Shown piece after piece: positions 13,822 through 25,990 of a DNA stretch of 64,000 nucleotides. The stretch's first letter is position 1; each line of letters starts with the position of its first letter. The position numbers were made by a program, and so were the translations under genes. The notes under the pieces were generated by a model. The model made no database searches. It worked only from the letters and a program-made list of their open reading frames with translations, and was not told the origin of the DNA. Where the stretch lies: positions 277,202,001 to 277,266,000 of the forward strand of contig OZ024741.1 of the NCBI GenBank assembly GCA_964016885.1. Reading direction: 5' to 3'. The DNA is from Eledone cirrhosa. Lineage: Eukaryota.

Positions 13822-14778
13822 GTCATACCATTAATAATGACACACAACCCATCTCACCAGAATATCTTCAACATTGCCAAAGCAAACCTACCGATCATTG
13901 CTCAAAGTAATGAATTAAAAGGCTTAATCACAGATCGATCTTTGACTCTTAGTAAAAGACAGCCGAAAATTTTTAAGCAATTACTAACAAAAGCAAAGTT
14001 TGACCTTAACAACAAAGACCAATCATTCACTGTATCTAAATGCAATGATAGTCGATGTGGCACATGTCAATCCATACACACCGGTAAATATATGAAAATA
14101 AAAACTGGAAAAATATTCCCAAATGCAAATATGAACTGCAAAGCAGAAATCTAATTTACTGCATTAAATGCCCGAATTGTGAAGAACTATATGTCGGTCA
14201 AACTGGAAATGCACTTGCGGAACGTGCACGGGTACACCGACAGCAAATCAGAGACCCAAATGTCCGTCAGAAACCCCTGAGTAACCATCTAGCAACATGT
14301 GGTCACAGAATATTTATAATATTTCCATTCTACAAATTACACAGCCCAAGTGAAATCAAGAGAAAAATCAAAGAAAATAATTTTATTGATAAATTCTAAC
14401 CCTAGCTAAATGAACAATAATAATGGGGTATTAATCCTACTATGACTATGACTACGACCACTAACAACAACAACAATAATAATAATAAAAGTGATGTTGA
14501 TGGTGATGATTACTAGAAAATGCTATTTTCATCATTTCTAAAAATAGCAAAACAATTGATGCTTTGGATAGGGTCAATTAGTAGTCGTTAGACATGCTCA
14601 AACAACCGTGACGCCTAAACCAATCAGCTTTAGTAATCCAGTGAAACTACACACGATTGATCGAAATACAGTTTGCAAGATTTAGCATTCTGTAGCCACT
14701 TTTCACTGTATGTAAGGCACACAATTTACCCATCTCATTACAGTTGAAACTTGCAAACTTGACTGTCACCACAGAATA

Positions 14779-14817
14779 TGAACCTGAAGATTGCGAAAGC
14801 ATGAAAGTACTTGTTCA
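14779..14817 (+). ncRNA. Minimal type I hammerhead ribozyme motif in the PLE 3' pseudo-LTR
   Basis: tgaac CTGAAGA t tgc gaaa gca t GAAA gtac TT gttca. Confidence 0.85.
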
Positions 14818-14969
14818 ATTAACACTTAACATTTAATATTCTACCATACTATTTCATTCTGATACCATTATAAATTTTAAAGTATTGTAAATAAAACGAG
14901 TAAATCAGACAAAGTTGGAATTCCTTTTATTAATATAATCTTCTATATACAATCATACACACCCGTGTA

Positions 14970-15006
<37 letters not shown>

Positions 15007-15495
15007 TTATTGTATGTGAGTCCCAGGTTCAATCAGGGGTAACTACAGGTAGTAAGGTACTCAATACATTGATTTTATATTCTTAAGCCTTATCCATGCG
15101 GGCTTCTTTTAAAACTAATATATAATAGACATCACACCGCCTGGCCTGTTTTCCCCTATTCTCCCCTCTTACCTTTTTTACGCCAACATGTCCTCCTTGG
15201 TCGGCATATTAGGCTACAGTCCTTTTTCTCTTCTGTTTTACTATTTCTCTATATTTCTCTCCTTTCTATATTTTTCTCCTTTGGTTAAGCTCTTGCACAC
15301 TCTATATTTGTGTAATTTGCCTAAAGGCATAACTTGTCTCTGCTTGTTTTGTTGCATTCCAATGTGCACTGGAATGAACGGTGTCGACCTTAATGGACCG
15401 AAACCGTAGTGATTTCCAGAGGTTGACTGAGGAGATGGTACTGTCCGTCTTTCCGTTGTTTTTTCCCATTGTCTTTGTCCAGTGCGCTCTCTATG

Positions 15496-15627
<132 letters not shown>

Positions 15628-15699
15628 TTGAACACGAAAAAAACAAAAACATAACTCGTGGGACGAATAAACACAATCATTTATACATTCATGAGACAA

Positions 15700-16600
15700 T
15701 CGGTTGACAGAATTCGTAAAGTGCCGGGGCCAGTTGTTATATAGTATCTTTTCCGAGTCTGTACGTTCTGAGTTCAAATCCCGCCGAGATCCACTTTGCC
15801 TACCATCTTTTCAAGGCCGATAAAAGTATCCATCAAGTACGATGATGGATTTGATCGGTTTTCTCTTCCTAACCCAAACTGTTGACCTTCTGCCTAAAGT
15901 AGACATCATGGATTGGCAGTATCAGTAGAGGGTCGGACACTATGCTTTGACGCATTGAGTTACGCCCCTTGCCATTCTGAGTTCAAATCGCGCCGAGGTT
16001 AACTTTGCCTTTCATCCTTACGGGGTCGGTAAAATAAAGTACCAGTAATGTACTGGGTAATTGCTGGCCTTGTGCCAAACGTAGAAACAATTATTTTTAT
16101 TATTTTGTGAGATTGGCAGTATCAGTGGAGCATGCTTTACGACATAGAGTTATGGCTCTTTGCATTATGAGTTCAAATCCCACCGATGTTAGCTTTGCCT
16201 TTCATCTTCACGGGGTCGAGAAAATAAAGTACCAATAATCCACTGGGATCGATTTGGTCGATTTTCCTTTCTCCCGACGTTGTTGGCCTTGTGACTAAAA
16301 TCAGAAATCATTATTTTTATTATGCTTTGCAGCATAGAGTTACTGCCCTTAATGGTCTGAGTTCAAATCCCGCCGAGGTTAACTTTGCCTTTCATCCTTA
16401 CGGGGTCGATAAAATAAAGTACCAGTAGTACACTGGGATAATTGCTGGCCTTGTGCCAAAAGTAGAAACAATTATTTTATAACTTTGCCTTTTACCCAGT
16501 TAAGGTCGATAAAATAAGGTACCAGTAAGGTACTAAGGTCGATATAAGTTGACGTTCCCCTACTCCAAAATTGCCATGCTTAAATTAGAACACATTATTA
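15700..16600 (+). mobile_element. Cluster of about five SINE copies or fragments of differing age
   Basis: Repeated gagttcaaatcc and ctttgcctttcatcc..ggggtcgataaaataaagtacc blocks at about 15770, 15980, 16170, 16360 and 16480. Confidence 0.85.
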
Positions 16601-16815
16601 TTTCCATATCACAGATAGATTCTTGCATTCCTGACCATTATAATTTGCAAAAATTCAAAAGCAACAACGATACTGTTTTCTCCCCCTTGAATAATGTTCT
16701 CTCTGTCTTGTCTTTTTCCCTTCTCAGTAAACCTTTGCATCTTAGTGGGTTTATGGCTTTGCTTGGGATAAGCAGAAAAATAAGCAAAACAAAATGATGT
16801 ACCGACGATTTAGCT

Positions 16816-16943
<128 letters not shown>

Positions 16944-17031
16944 GTAGGAGGTGAGTTTTATTGTAGTACAATAAAGCAATGCAGATATCGGATAAGTAGC
17001 ACTCTACAGTTTGTAGGACTGGAGTATAAAT

Positions 17032-17271
17032 ATATAAGATCAAAAGATGGTTAAAAGATTCCATGTATTTTATTATGCGCATTTCAAAAACAAATATCAT
17101 CATGAGATGTTGATTTAAAACTTCACTATTCATAAGTGTTTTTTAACCTTCATATCATGTATCCCTATTTTATCTGACGAAAACGCAAATGTCATCTCAT
17201 GATGATATTTGTTTTTGAAATGCGCATAATAAAATACATGGAACTCTTTTAACCATCTTTTGATCTTATAT
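17032..17271 (+). mobile_element. Fold-back PLE-type terminus containing a hammerhead at 17166-17236
   Basis: About 77 bp inverted arms; tattttat CTGACGA aaacgcaaatgtcatc tcat gatgatatttgttttt GAAA tgcgca TA ataaaata. Confidence 0.87.
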
Positions 17272-17290
17272 TATATATATATGTGTGTGT

Positions 17291-17437
17291 GTCGGGTTCA
17301 GTCGGGTGTAACCACAGTAAGTAAGGTACTCAATGCATAGCAGAGTATAAATATTTAATACAAATCATCAGGAAAGCTTTCTTGGTGATTTCCTTCGAAT
17401 GAAACAGTTCTAGTCCTGTAGAAGCCATTTCTGTATA
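17291..17437. mobile_element. PLE-type terminal fragment with inverted 5' part, same family as 36445-36570
   Basis: Shares aaacagttctagtcctgtagaa.ccatttct and, inverted, gcattgagtaccttacttactgtggttac. Decayed hammerhead ttggtga..GAAAcagttctagTC. Confidence 0.7.
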
Positions 17438-17452
17438 TTATATATATATATA

Positions 17453-17598
<146 letters not shown>

Positions 17599-19033
17599 TG
17601 TACGTGTACTTCAACGAAAACACAAGAAGGCCGGATTCCAATATGTTCCTTCATTGTAACACAATTACATAATACGTATTTCTATGACATGATTACGTCA
17701 TCAGACCATGGCGTATGGCAGTTAGTGACGTCGTTAGATGTAATGAGCATAACAAACGTTTAAAGGTTTAGTTCAATAACCCTTACTGGGATACAGCAAA
17801 ATATAAACAAATAATTGATACGGAGGCGGCCCGGCTAGCGACATGATGACTATGACTGATGACTACGTTTGAGAGATTGCAATTATTGAGGTTTGAAAAC
17901 TTTGCTTGTGTGATTATAATGCTGGGTTGAAAGATTACAATATGGCAATTCAAAATAGGGAGCAATTGAAGAAACCCGGGATTGCAAAGGGAGGAATTTG
18001 AAGTCTCTATGAACCTCTGGAACTATTCAAAATGAGGGGAAATGTAGAAAACCTGGGATGCAAGGGGAAGAATTTGACCTGGGTCTCTCACAACCTCTGG
18101 ACTATACAATTTTTGTGGTTTACAAAGCTTGCTCGGATGAAACATTTCTTGATGACAATTCAAAATGGAGAAGAATTTAGGAAACCTAGGATAGCAATAG
18201 GAGGAATGTTGCCAGAATTTATAAGAACCCTTCACTAAATGAGTGTTCTAGCAGAGCACAGATTGCCATATCTTTTCATATGTCCCTTACTCGTTTATAA
18301 TGGTAACTATATAAACATCGGATGGATTGTTTGGTGGTATTCGTTCCATGCTCTACGAGATCAAATTTGCCTTTCATCCTTTCGAAGTCGATAAAAAAAG
18401 TACTGGGTTCAATTCTTCTTATGTCTTTTTCTCACTTTCTCTTTCTTACTTTCTATCCTTCTCGGGAAGAAATCTGCTGTATTCAGACATGGAGAGGGAT
18501 GGCTTCCGCCGGGCTTTAAGTGCGCTTGAAACGCCGTATGCCACTACGGCGCTCCACGACTCCTTCGGGAGTTACAGGACCATGCATGCATGAAAACTAT
18601 CCATACAATGCTTCCTTGTTCCAGTATGTCTATTTTCGCTCTAATCTGATATTCTGGTTCATTCTTATCAATACCAACCACCGTTTCTCTCATATCAGAC
18701 ACTTTTACACCAACCAATAATATTATTACGTTAAAAACTACATTTGGATGCAGAGGTTTATGAGAATGATCAGTATACTAATGATCAGAGCTTCATATTA
18801 TATAAGACCAGTGGTTCTCATACATATTTTCTTTCAGAACCTATGCTATTCTTTTCCTTTCCTCTTCCTACATAATCCTGAGAGGCTCGTGGGGACAGTC
18901 CTCAAACGCTCCTTCCTCAAACGGTCCTGTCAGAAGCAACCGTCTCTAATTGATCCGTCTGGACCCCAATCTTTATATATTTTTCCAAAATAGTCGAGCA
19001 CATACATACATCTCTCTCTCTCTCTCTCTCACC

Positions 19034-19082
<49 letters not shown>

Positions 19083-19088
<6 letters not shown>

Positions 19089-19750
19089 TTTTAATGCAAT
19101 GAAATACCTATGACCGTTGGTAAATCAGTGATGAGGGACTCATTTTATAACATGTTATCCATGTGCAACCATGCAGTATTCTTCTCCCCATTTTTTCACA
19201 TATATTTACCTAAACTGCGATTCTGAGAACGAGGGAGCAGTAAGAGATAGAGAGATCTCTCTCTTACTGCTCCCTCGTTCTCTCTGTTTCTCTTACTTTC
19301 TTTCGTCCCCTCTGTCATGTCAGTTAACACTTTCTCTCTACTGACCTCTTCCTCACACTTCCACTCACTCACTCACTGTTTCTCCCCTTCTCACTTCCCC
19401 CCATTCGCGACGTTAACGATTTTCCTTCTTTCTCACACCGGTTTCATCTCGAAAGGTCTATTTTCTACTCGCTCATATATTCACCCAGCTTATACTAATA
19501 GAATAACTATGTAGCTTGTGTCTCTTCCATTCTTCGGTTAGCTTTCCTCTGTGTTGTTTACTTGTCTCACTCGCTTTACGCGTTTTAATTGTCCTAATAA
19601 CTTATTTTAGTTATTATTGCGCCAACGCGAGGTATATGATTTTTAATGCAATGAAATACCTATGACCGTTGGTAAATCACTGATGAGGGACTCATTTTAT
19701 AACATGTTATCCATGTGCAACCATGCAGTATTCTTCTCCCCATTTTTTCA
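19083..19750. repeat. Element bounded by about 117 bp direct repeats (19083-19198, 19633-19750) with an internal 23 bp-arm hairpin (19225-19282)
   Basis: tatgatttttaatgcaatgaaatacc...ttctccccatttttca occurs twice. Confidence 0.85.
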
Positions 19751-20157
19751 TATATATATATATATATATATATATTCAGGTTTGAGGTTCACCACTGGAT
19801 AGAGCTGGTCAATTCCGTATGGTCAATCTTAATGTAATAATAGGGAGAGTACTCAACGTAAAGCAGTTCAACCGTCTTTATTTTTGTAGTTGGTGGTGCT
19901 AGTACGGAGTTAAATATTATAATGAAATGACAGGAGGCTGGACTTGTGTAAATCCTTGAAAGGTTTATTATACTATGATCATTTAAATGAATCCGGTGAT
20001 ATCATCAGGTATTCGAAATATAATAAGTGAATGTAATAGATAAATTCCATGGGGCTGAAAATCAAAAATATATATATATAAATGAAAAATGGAGTTAAAA
20101 ACTCATGTTAATACCCTGTAATTAATGAGCTCAAAGTGTAAAACCTGCGCTCTTTAT

Positions 20158-20440
20158 AATATATAGAAATAAACACACAAAGAAGTGTGTTTTGAATTAA
20201 ATGGGTCGGAAACCACTCTGGTGCAATGCATACAATCTATGAACAAACGGAAAAATACATAATAACCGGACAAAATGAATTAAAATGTACTAACTATTAA
20301 ACTCCTGGACAAACTACTGATAGTTTGTTTCGCTGTGTCACATAACCCTAAGGCTTTTCAACAGGAGTATGGATCAGCACACCTAGAGATAATTTAGGTA
20401 ACTCAAAACACACTTCTTTGTGTGTTATATCTATATATTT
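20158..20440 (-). mobile_element. Short element with about 40 bp inverted termini carrying a full type I hammerhead (20301-20368, U3-A8 variant)
   Basis: Reverse complement: actcctg TTGAAAA gc..gc GAAA caaacta tcag tagtttg TC caggagt; termini acacaaagaagtgtgttttga / tcaaaacacacttctttgtgt. Confidence 0.82.
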
Positions 20441-20477
20441 GGGTGTGTGTGTGTATACACGCACACACATCCACACA

Positions 20478-20530
<53 letters not shown>

Positions 20531-20693
20531 TATATATATATATATATATATTTAACAGCAGCAATGAGTAAACAGTAACCAAGTGAGCACAACAGCAGCA
20601 ATATCAATAAAAAGATACACACAGCCTCTCCATTATAAGAACATTATCGATCTCTCTTCTTCATTTGCTGTGTGCATCTTTCTGCCTCTCACA

Positions 20694-20731
<38 letters not shown>

Positions 20732-20813
20732 TCTCATTCTCTCTCTCTACCTCTCTCTGCCTCACTCTCTCTCCTTTCTCTCTCTCCTTTCTCTCTCTCC
20801 TTTCTCTCTCTCA

Positions 20814-20882
<69 letters not shown>

Positions 20883-20883
20883 T

Positions 20884-20936
<53 letters not shown>

Positions 20937-21079
20937 CGGACATGTCTAATAATTCTGTCCCCCTTTAGCGACACCAAGTCACTGTTCTGACCAAAGCTCG
21001 CTGCAGCTGCAGCTGTTGATGTTTTCACAAATATGCTGCTGCTGTTGCTGTTGTTGCTGCTGTTAATGGTATAGCTGTT

Positions 21080-22686
21080 GCTGTGGTGGTGGTGGTGGTG
21101 GTGTTGGTGTTGTTGGTGGTGTTGGTGTTGGTGGTGTTGGTGGTGTTGGTGTTGTGGTGTGGTGGTGTTGGTGGTGTTGGTGGTGTTGGTGTTTGTGATG
21201 TTGGTGGTGTTGGTGGGTGTTGGTGGTTTGTGTTGGTGTTGGTGGTGTGTGGTGGTGTTGGTGGTGTTGGTGGTGTTGGTGTTGGTGGTGTTGGTGTTGG
21301 TGATGTTGGTGATGTTGGTGGTGTTGGTGGTGTTGGTGGTGTTGGTGTTGGAGGTGTTGGTGTTGGTGATATTGGTGGTGTTGGTGGTGTTGGTGTTGGT
21401 GTTGGTGATGTGGTGGTGTTGGTGTGTTGGTGGTGTTGGTGTTGGTGGTGTTGGAGGTGTTGGTGTTGGCGGTGTTGGTGATGCTGGTGTTGGTGTTGGT
21501 GGTGTTGGTGTTGGTGATGTTTGTGGTTGTTGGTGTTGGCGGGTTGTTGGTGATGTTGGTGTTGGTGTTGGTGGTGTTGGTGTTGGTGATGTTGGTGGTG
21601 TTGGTGGTGTTGGTGTTGGTGTTGGTGGTGTTGGTGTTGGTGTTGGTGGTGTTGGTGGTGTTGGTGGTGTTGGTGGTGTTGGTGGTGTTGGTGTTGGTGA
21701 TGTTGGTGGTGTTGGTGTTGTTGGTGGTGTTGGTGTTGGTGTTGGTGTTGGTGTTGGTGTTGGTGCTGGTGATGTTTGTGTTGTTGGTGTTGGCGGTGTT
21801 GGTGTTGATGATGTTGGTGGTGTTGGTGGTGTTGGTGGTGTTGGTGGTGTTGGTGGTGTTGGTGTTGGTGGTGTTGGTGGTGTTGGTGTTGGTGGTGTTG
21901 GTGGTGTTGGTGGTGTTGGTGGGTGTTGGTGGTGTTGGTGGTGTTGGTGTTGGTGATGTTGGTGGTGTTGGTGGTGTTGGTGTTGTTGGTGTTGGTGTTG
22001 GTGTTGGTGTTGGTGCTGGTGATGTTTGTGTTGTTGGTGTTGCGGTGTTGGTGTTGATGATGTTGGTGGTGTTGGTGGTGTTGGTGGTGTTGGTGGTGCT
22101 GGTGGTGTTGGTTGTGGTGGTGTTGGTGGTGTTGGTGTTGGTGGTGTTGGTGGTGTGGTGGTGTTGGTGGTGTTGTGGTGTTGGTGTTGGTGATGTTGGT
22201 GGTGTGGTGGTGTTGGTGGTGTTGGTGGTGTTGGTGGTGTTGGTGGTGTTGGTGGTGTTGGTGTGGTGGTGTTGGTGGTGTTGGTGTTGGTGGTGTTGGT
22301 GGTGTTGGTGTTGGTGGTGTGGTGTTGGTGACGTTTGTGTTGTTGGTGTTGGCGGTGTTGGTGTTGTTGGTGGTGTTGGTGTTGGTGATGTTGGTGGTGT
22401 TGGTGGTGTTGGTGGTGTTGGTGTTGGTGTTGGTGGTGTTGTTGGTGTTGGTGGTGTTGTTGGTGTTGGTGGTGTTGGTGGTGTTGGTGGTGTTGGTGGT
22501 GTTGGTGTTGGTGTTGGTGGTGTTGGTGGTATTGGTGGTGTTGGTAGTGTTGTTGGTAGTGCTGTTAGTGGTGTTGGTGGTGGTGTTGGTGGTGGTACTG
22601 GTGGTGTTGGTGGTGTTGGTGGTGTTGGTGGTGGTGCTGTTAATGGTGTTGGTAGTGTTGGTGTTGGTGTTGGCGGTGGTATTGGT
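21080..22686. repeat. 1.6 kb complex (GGT/GTT)-type low-complexity repeat built from 9 bp and 6 bp subunits
   Basis: ggtgttggt and ggtgtt iterations. Confidence 0.95.
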
Positions 22687-23334
22687 ACAGTGCAATATAA
22701 AAGTTCAGAACAAGTTATTATGTGTATGTGTGTGTGCACGTGTGCGCACGCCTGTGTTCGTATGTGCATGTGTGACTGAGCCCGGTCGGTGTATGTTCGT
22801 AAGGGGATAGATTGATAAAAAGGCAGTTATAGAATGAGAAAAGATAAATGACGCGAAGGGATATTTGAGATATATGCCTCGATATCTATATATATATATA
22901 TATGTGTGTTTGTGTGTGTTCGTGTGTGTGTGCGTGTGCGTATGTACGTGTGTGTGTGTGTGTCTGTGTGTGTGCGTGTGTGTACGTGTGTATGTGTGTG
23001 TGTGTGTTTTTGTGCGTGCGTGTGTGTGCGTGTGTGTGTGCATGTGTGTGTGTGTACGTGTTTGTGTGCGTGTGTGTGTGCGTGTGTGTGTGTGCGTGTT
23101 TGTGTGTGTGCGTATGTGTGTGTGTGTGTGTGTGTATATACATATATATATATATATGTGTGTGTGTGTGTATGTGTGTGTATGTGAATGTGTGTGTGTA
23201 CGTGTGCATGTGCGTGTGCCTCCTTATGTGTTGATGTGAAGACCACAAATCAGAGTAGTACTCGATGTATTGAGTGATACAGAGTAGGTATATATAATAT
23301 TTCTGTTTTCACCCGTCTGATGTGAGTACCTGAA

Positions 23335-23768
23335 AGCGATTGAACTTTGGGAGACATTTTATTCCATTGCTAGCATTTAGTCATGTCTGTTTTGTATTAT
23401 GAGTTCAAATCTTGCCTAAATATATATTGATTTTAAACCGTTTTGGGTCGATAAATATAAATATCAAGCAGGGTGTAACCTCGATTATACCTTGCATGTT
23501 ATTAAAACATGGTGGAACGGGGAATAATAGTTTAAGTCATTAATTAAATAATAAAAGTAATGGAGGAATTCGTAGAGCGTCGGACAAAATTCTTTACGGT
23601 ATATAGTTATGGCACTTTACGTTCTGAGTTCAATTCCTGCCGAGGTTAGCTTTGCCTTTCAGCCTCACAGAGTCGATAAAATAGAGTACCAGTAACGCAC
23701 TGGGTCGATTTAATCAAGTTTCCCATTCCCATAAAATCATTGGCTTGTGCCTAAACCAGAAATAATTA
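23335..23768 (+). mobile_element. Two diverged SINE copies
   Basis: gagttcaaatc..gggtcgataaat and gagttcaattcctgccgaggttagctttgcctttc..gtcgataaaatagagtacc. Confidence 0.75.
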
Positions 23769-23994
23769 ATTATGTAATAAAGAAAAAGAAAAGCGCGTTA
23801 GAATATACTGAGTGGGCGTGGCTGGTGGGCGGAACAAATAGACTCAACTAGTAGGTGTGTCGAATGGGTGTATTAGGTGGGTTGGACTGCCTGTTTGTCT
23901 CTCGCATTGCTGATAAGTTTGTTGACGTTTGAGCGGGAAATATGCAACGATTAGAGTGCACGCATATTAATATCTTAAGTAAAGGATATCACCA

Positions 23995-23997
23995 CTA

Positions 23998-24050
<53 letters not shown>

Positions 24051-24164
24051 TTACTACTACTACTACTACCACACCACTGCCACCCCGAACACTACTACTA
24101 CTACTACTACTACTACTATTACTATTACTACCACACCACTGCCACACCACTGCCACCACCACCG

Positions 24165-24212
<48 letters not shown>

Positions 24213-24215
24213 TGC

Positions 24216-24251
<36 letters not shown>

Positions 24252-24440
24252 TGCCCACCACCACTACTACTACTACTACTACCACTACTATTACAACCAC
24301 TGCCACCACTATCACTACCACCGCCACTACCACCACCACCACCACTACTACTACTACCACCCCCACCCCCCACCCCCCCACCCCAACCAATACTACTACT
24401 GCCATAACAACAACAACAACAACAACAACCGCCGCCACCA
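23995..24440. repeat. (CTA)n/(CCA)n trinucleotide tract; a similar tract lies at 39870-40130
   Basis: Directly visible. Confidence 0.95.
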
Positions 24441-25779
24441 TCCGTGTAGAAATCTCAGGTAAATCAATCCCTCTGACCTCTTGTGTAAAGAGCCGTATTC
24501 TCCTATGATTTTAGGGTTAGGATAAGGTGAGATTTAAGGTTTAGGGTTGTTACATTTGTTTGAAGTAGATGCCCTTCCTAACATAACCACTTAACAGAGT
24601 TGACAAGGTGTATTCTATCGTAGTACCAACACTAATAATTTACAGAGTGTACTGAGTACATTTTATCGTGGCACCAGCACTAAATAGATTGTCATATGCT
24701 CAGCCAGATTAAAGCGTTCCCTAATACCTTATATTGTCTCCATTCGATTACCAAACACTGTAACCTCTGATTTGTCACCATATTTACTTTTAGTATCGTA
24801 GTGTTTGTAGTGGTGGGCATGTCTTTTGTATTATTGTATATCACCAGTCAGCTCTGCCCTGTGTCATCTCTGTAGCTGTGCTTGTGTTGGTGGGCGGATC
24901 TTATGTATTATGGCTTATCACCAATCAGCTCTGCTTCATGTCATATATGTAGCAGTATTTGTACTGGTGGAAATGGTATATTATGGTATATCATCAGTCA
25001 ACTCTGCCCTGTGCCATCTTCATCGGCTGAGTTTCTTGATACCATTCTTCACAGCTTCATCCCCTCTTTTCCTTCGTCATCCACTTCAAGCAGAGATAAT
25101 AAAATCTGTCCTAGATTCCCCTTATACCATGTGTATTTATGTATTTGTGACGGAATGTGTTCATAACAGAGACCCTATCACTAAACTAGAAATCCAACAA
25201 GGCCTCTCCATTCGTATTTAGATCGGGATCTCCATTCCTTCCATTCACTCATTTCCATACCTGGTAGTCAGTGCCAATATGTTCATTGAAGTCTTCCATT
25301 AGGATATTTGACTCCTAACGCTGAAGTGATTTCAATAAGGAATTATCTGTATCCGGACTCACAGTTTGGCACATAAACGTGCACCATACTGGGCCAACAG
25401 CAGTCAATTACTAGAAGAGATGGTGCAATGGTTGACACTTAGCTCAGAAGAAAACTCTCACAGCCGAATGAGGAAGCTACGACAAGTAAAGGCCACCTCT
25501 AAAATAAGCCTTGTCTTCACGGGTCTGTGAAAAGTCCTAAATTAGTGACTGGTGCAAATGAGACCATCAAAATACTGCAATATGGCTAGACATAGCAAAA
25601 GCAGCCATACCATATCGCCCTTTGCGCGGGATAAAAAGGGTTGCGTTGAGGCCATATATAGAGGAGCAAGTTCGAAAAGCATATTGCAGTCTCCATCCCA
25701 TAGTGCAAGAACTGGTGATGGGCCTGTGACCTGTCCTGGGAGGCGTGGGTTGGATGCACAAAAGTTGCGTATCTCAAGA

Positions 25780-25990
25780 CCCCAAAGAGGTTCCAAAGAG
25801 AGAAAACTATGATAATTGGTAACTGGAACGTTACAACCTTTACAGGCAAGGAGCAGGAACTATTGGAGGAGATCAGATGCTACCGGCTAAATATAGTCGG
25901 GGTTTCTTTAACAAAGATCCTTGGCTCTGGTACTATAGATTTGGAAAGAGGTTTACCTCACAATCGTCAGGTGCTGGAGTCTTGGCATCT
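25780..25990 (+). pseudogene. RTE-like LINE 5' fragment (start of AP endonuclease)
   Basis: IGNWNVTTFTGKEQELLEEIRCYRLNIVGVSLTKILGSG. Confidence 0.75.

Larger units (their letters stand above)
12820..14960 (+). mobile_element. 5'-truncated Penelope-like element (Neptune-like), RT + GIY-YIG, frameshifted
   Basis: SFDVVSLYTNI, GTAMGTKFAPVYAN, WKRYLDDCFIIW, LPFLDI, CNDSRCGTC, NMNCK, then IYCIKCPNCEELYVGQTG..RARVHRQQI in the next frame. Confidence 0.92.

Noticed and set aside
21025-22810. ORFs of 450-570 aa rich in T/N/H/Q/P or V/G
   Set aside because: They are stop-free frames of a GGT/GTT repeat with no domain, splice or codon evidence.
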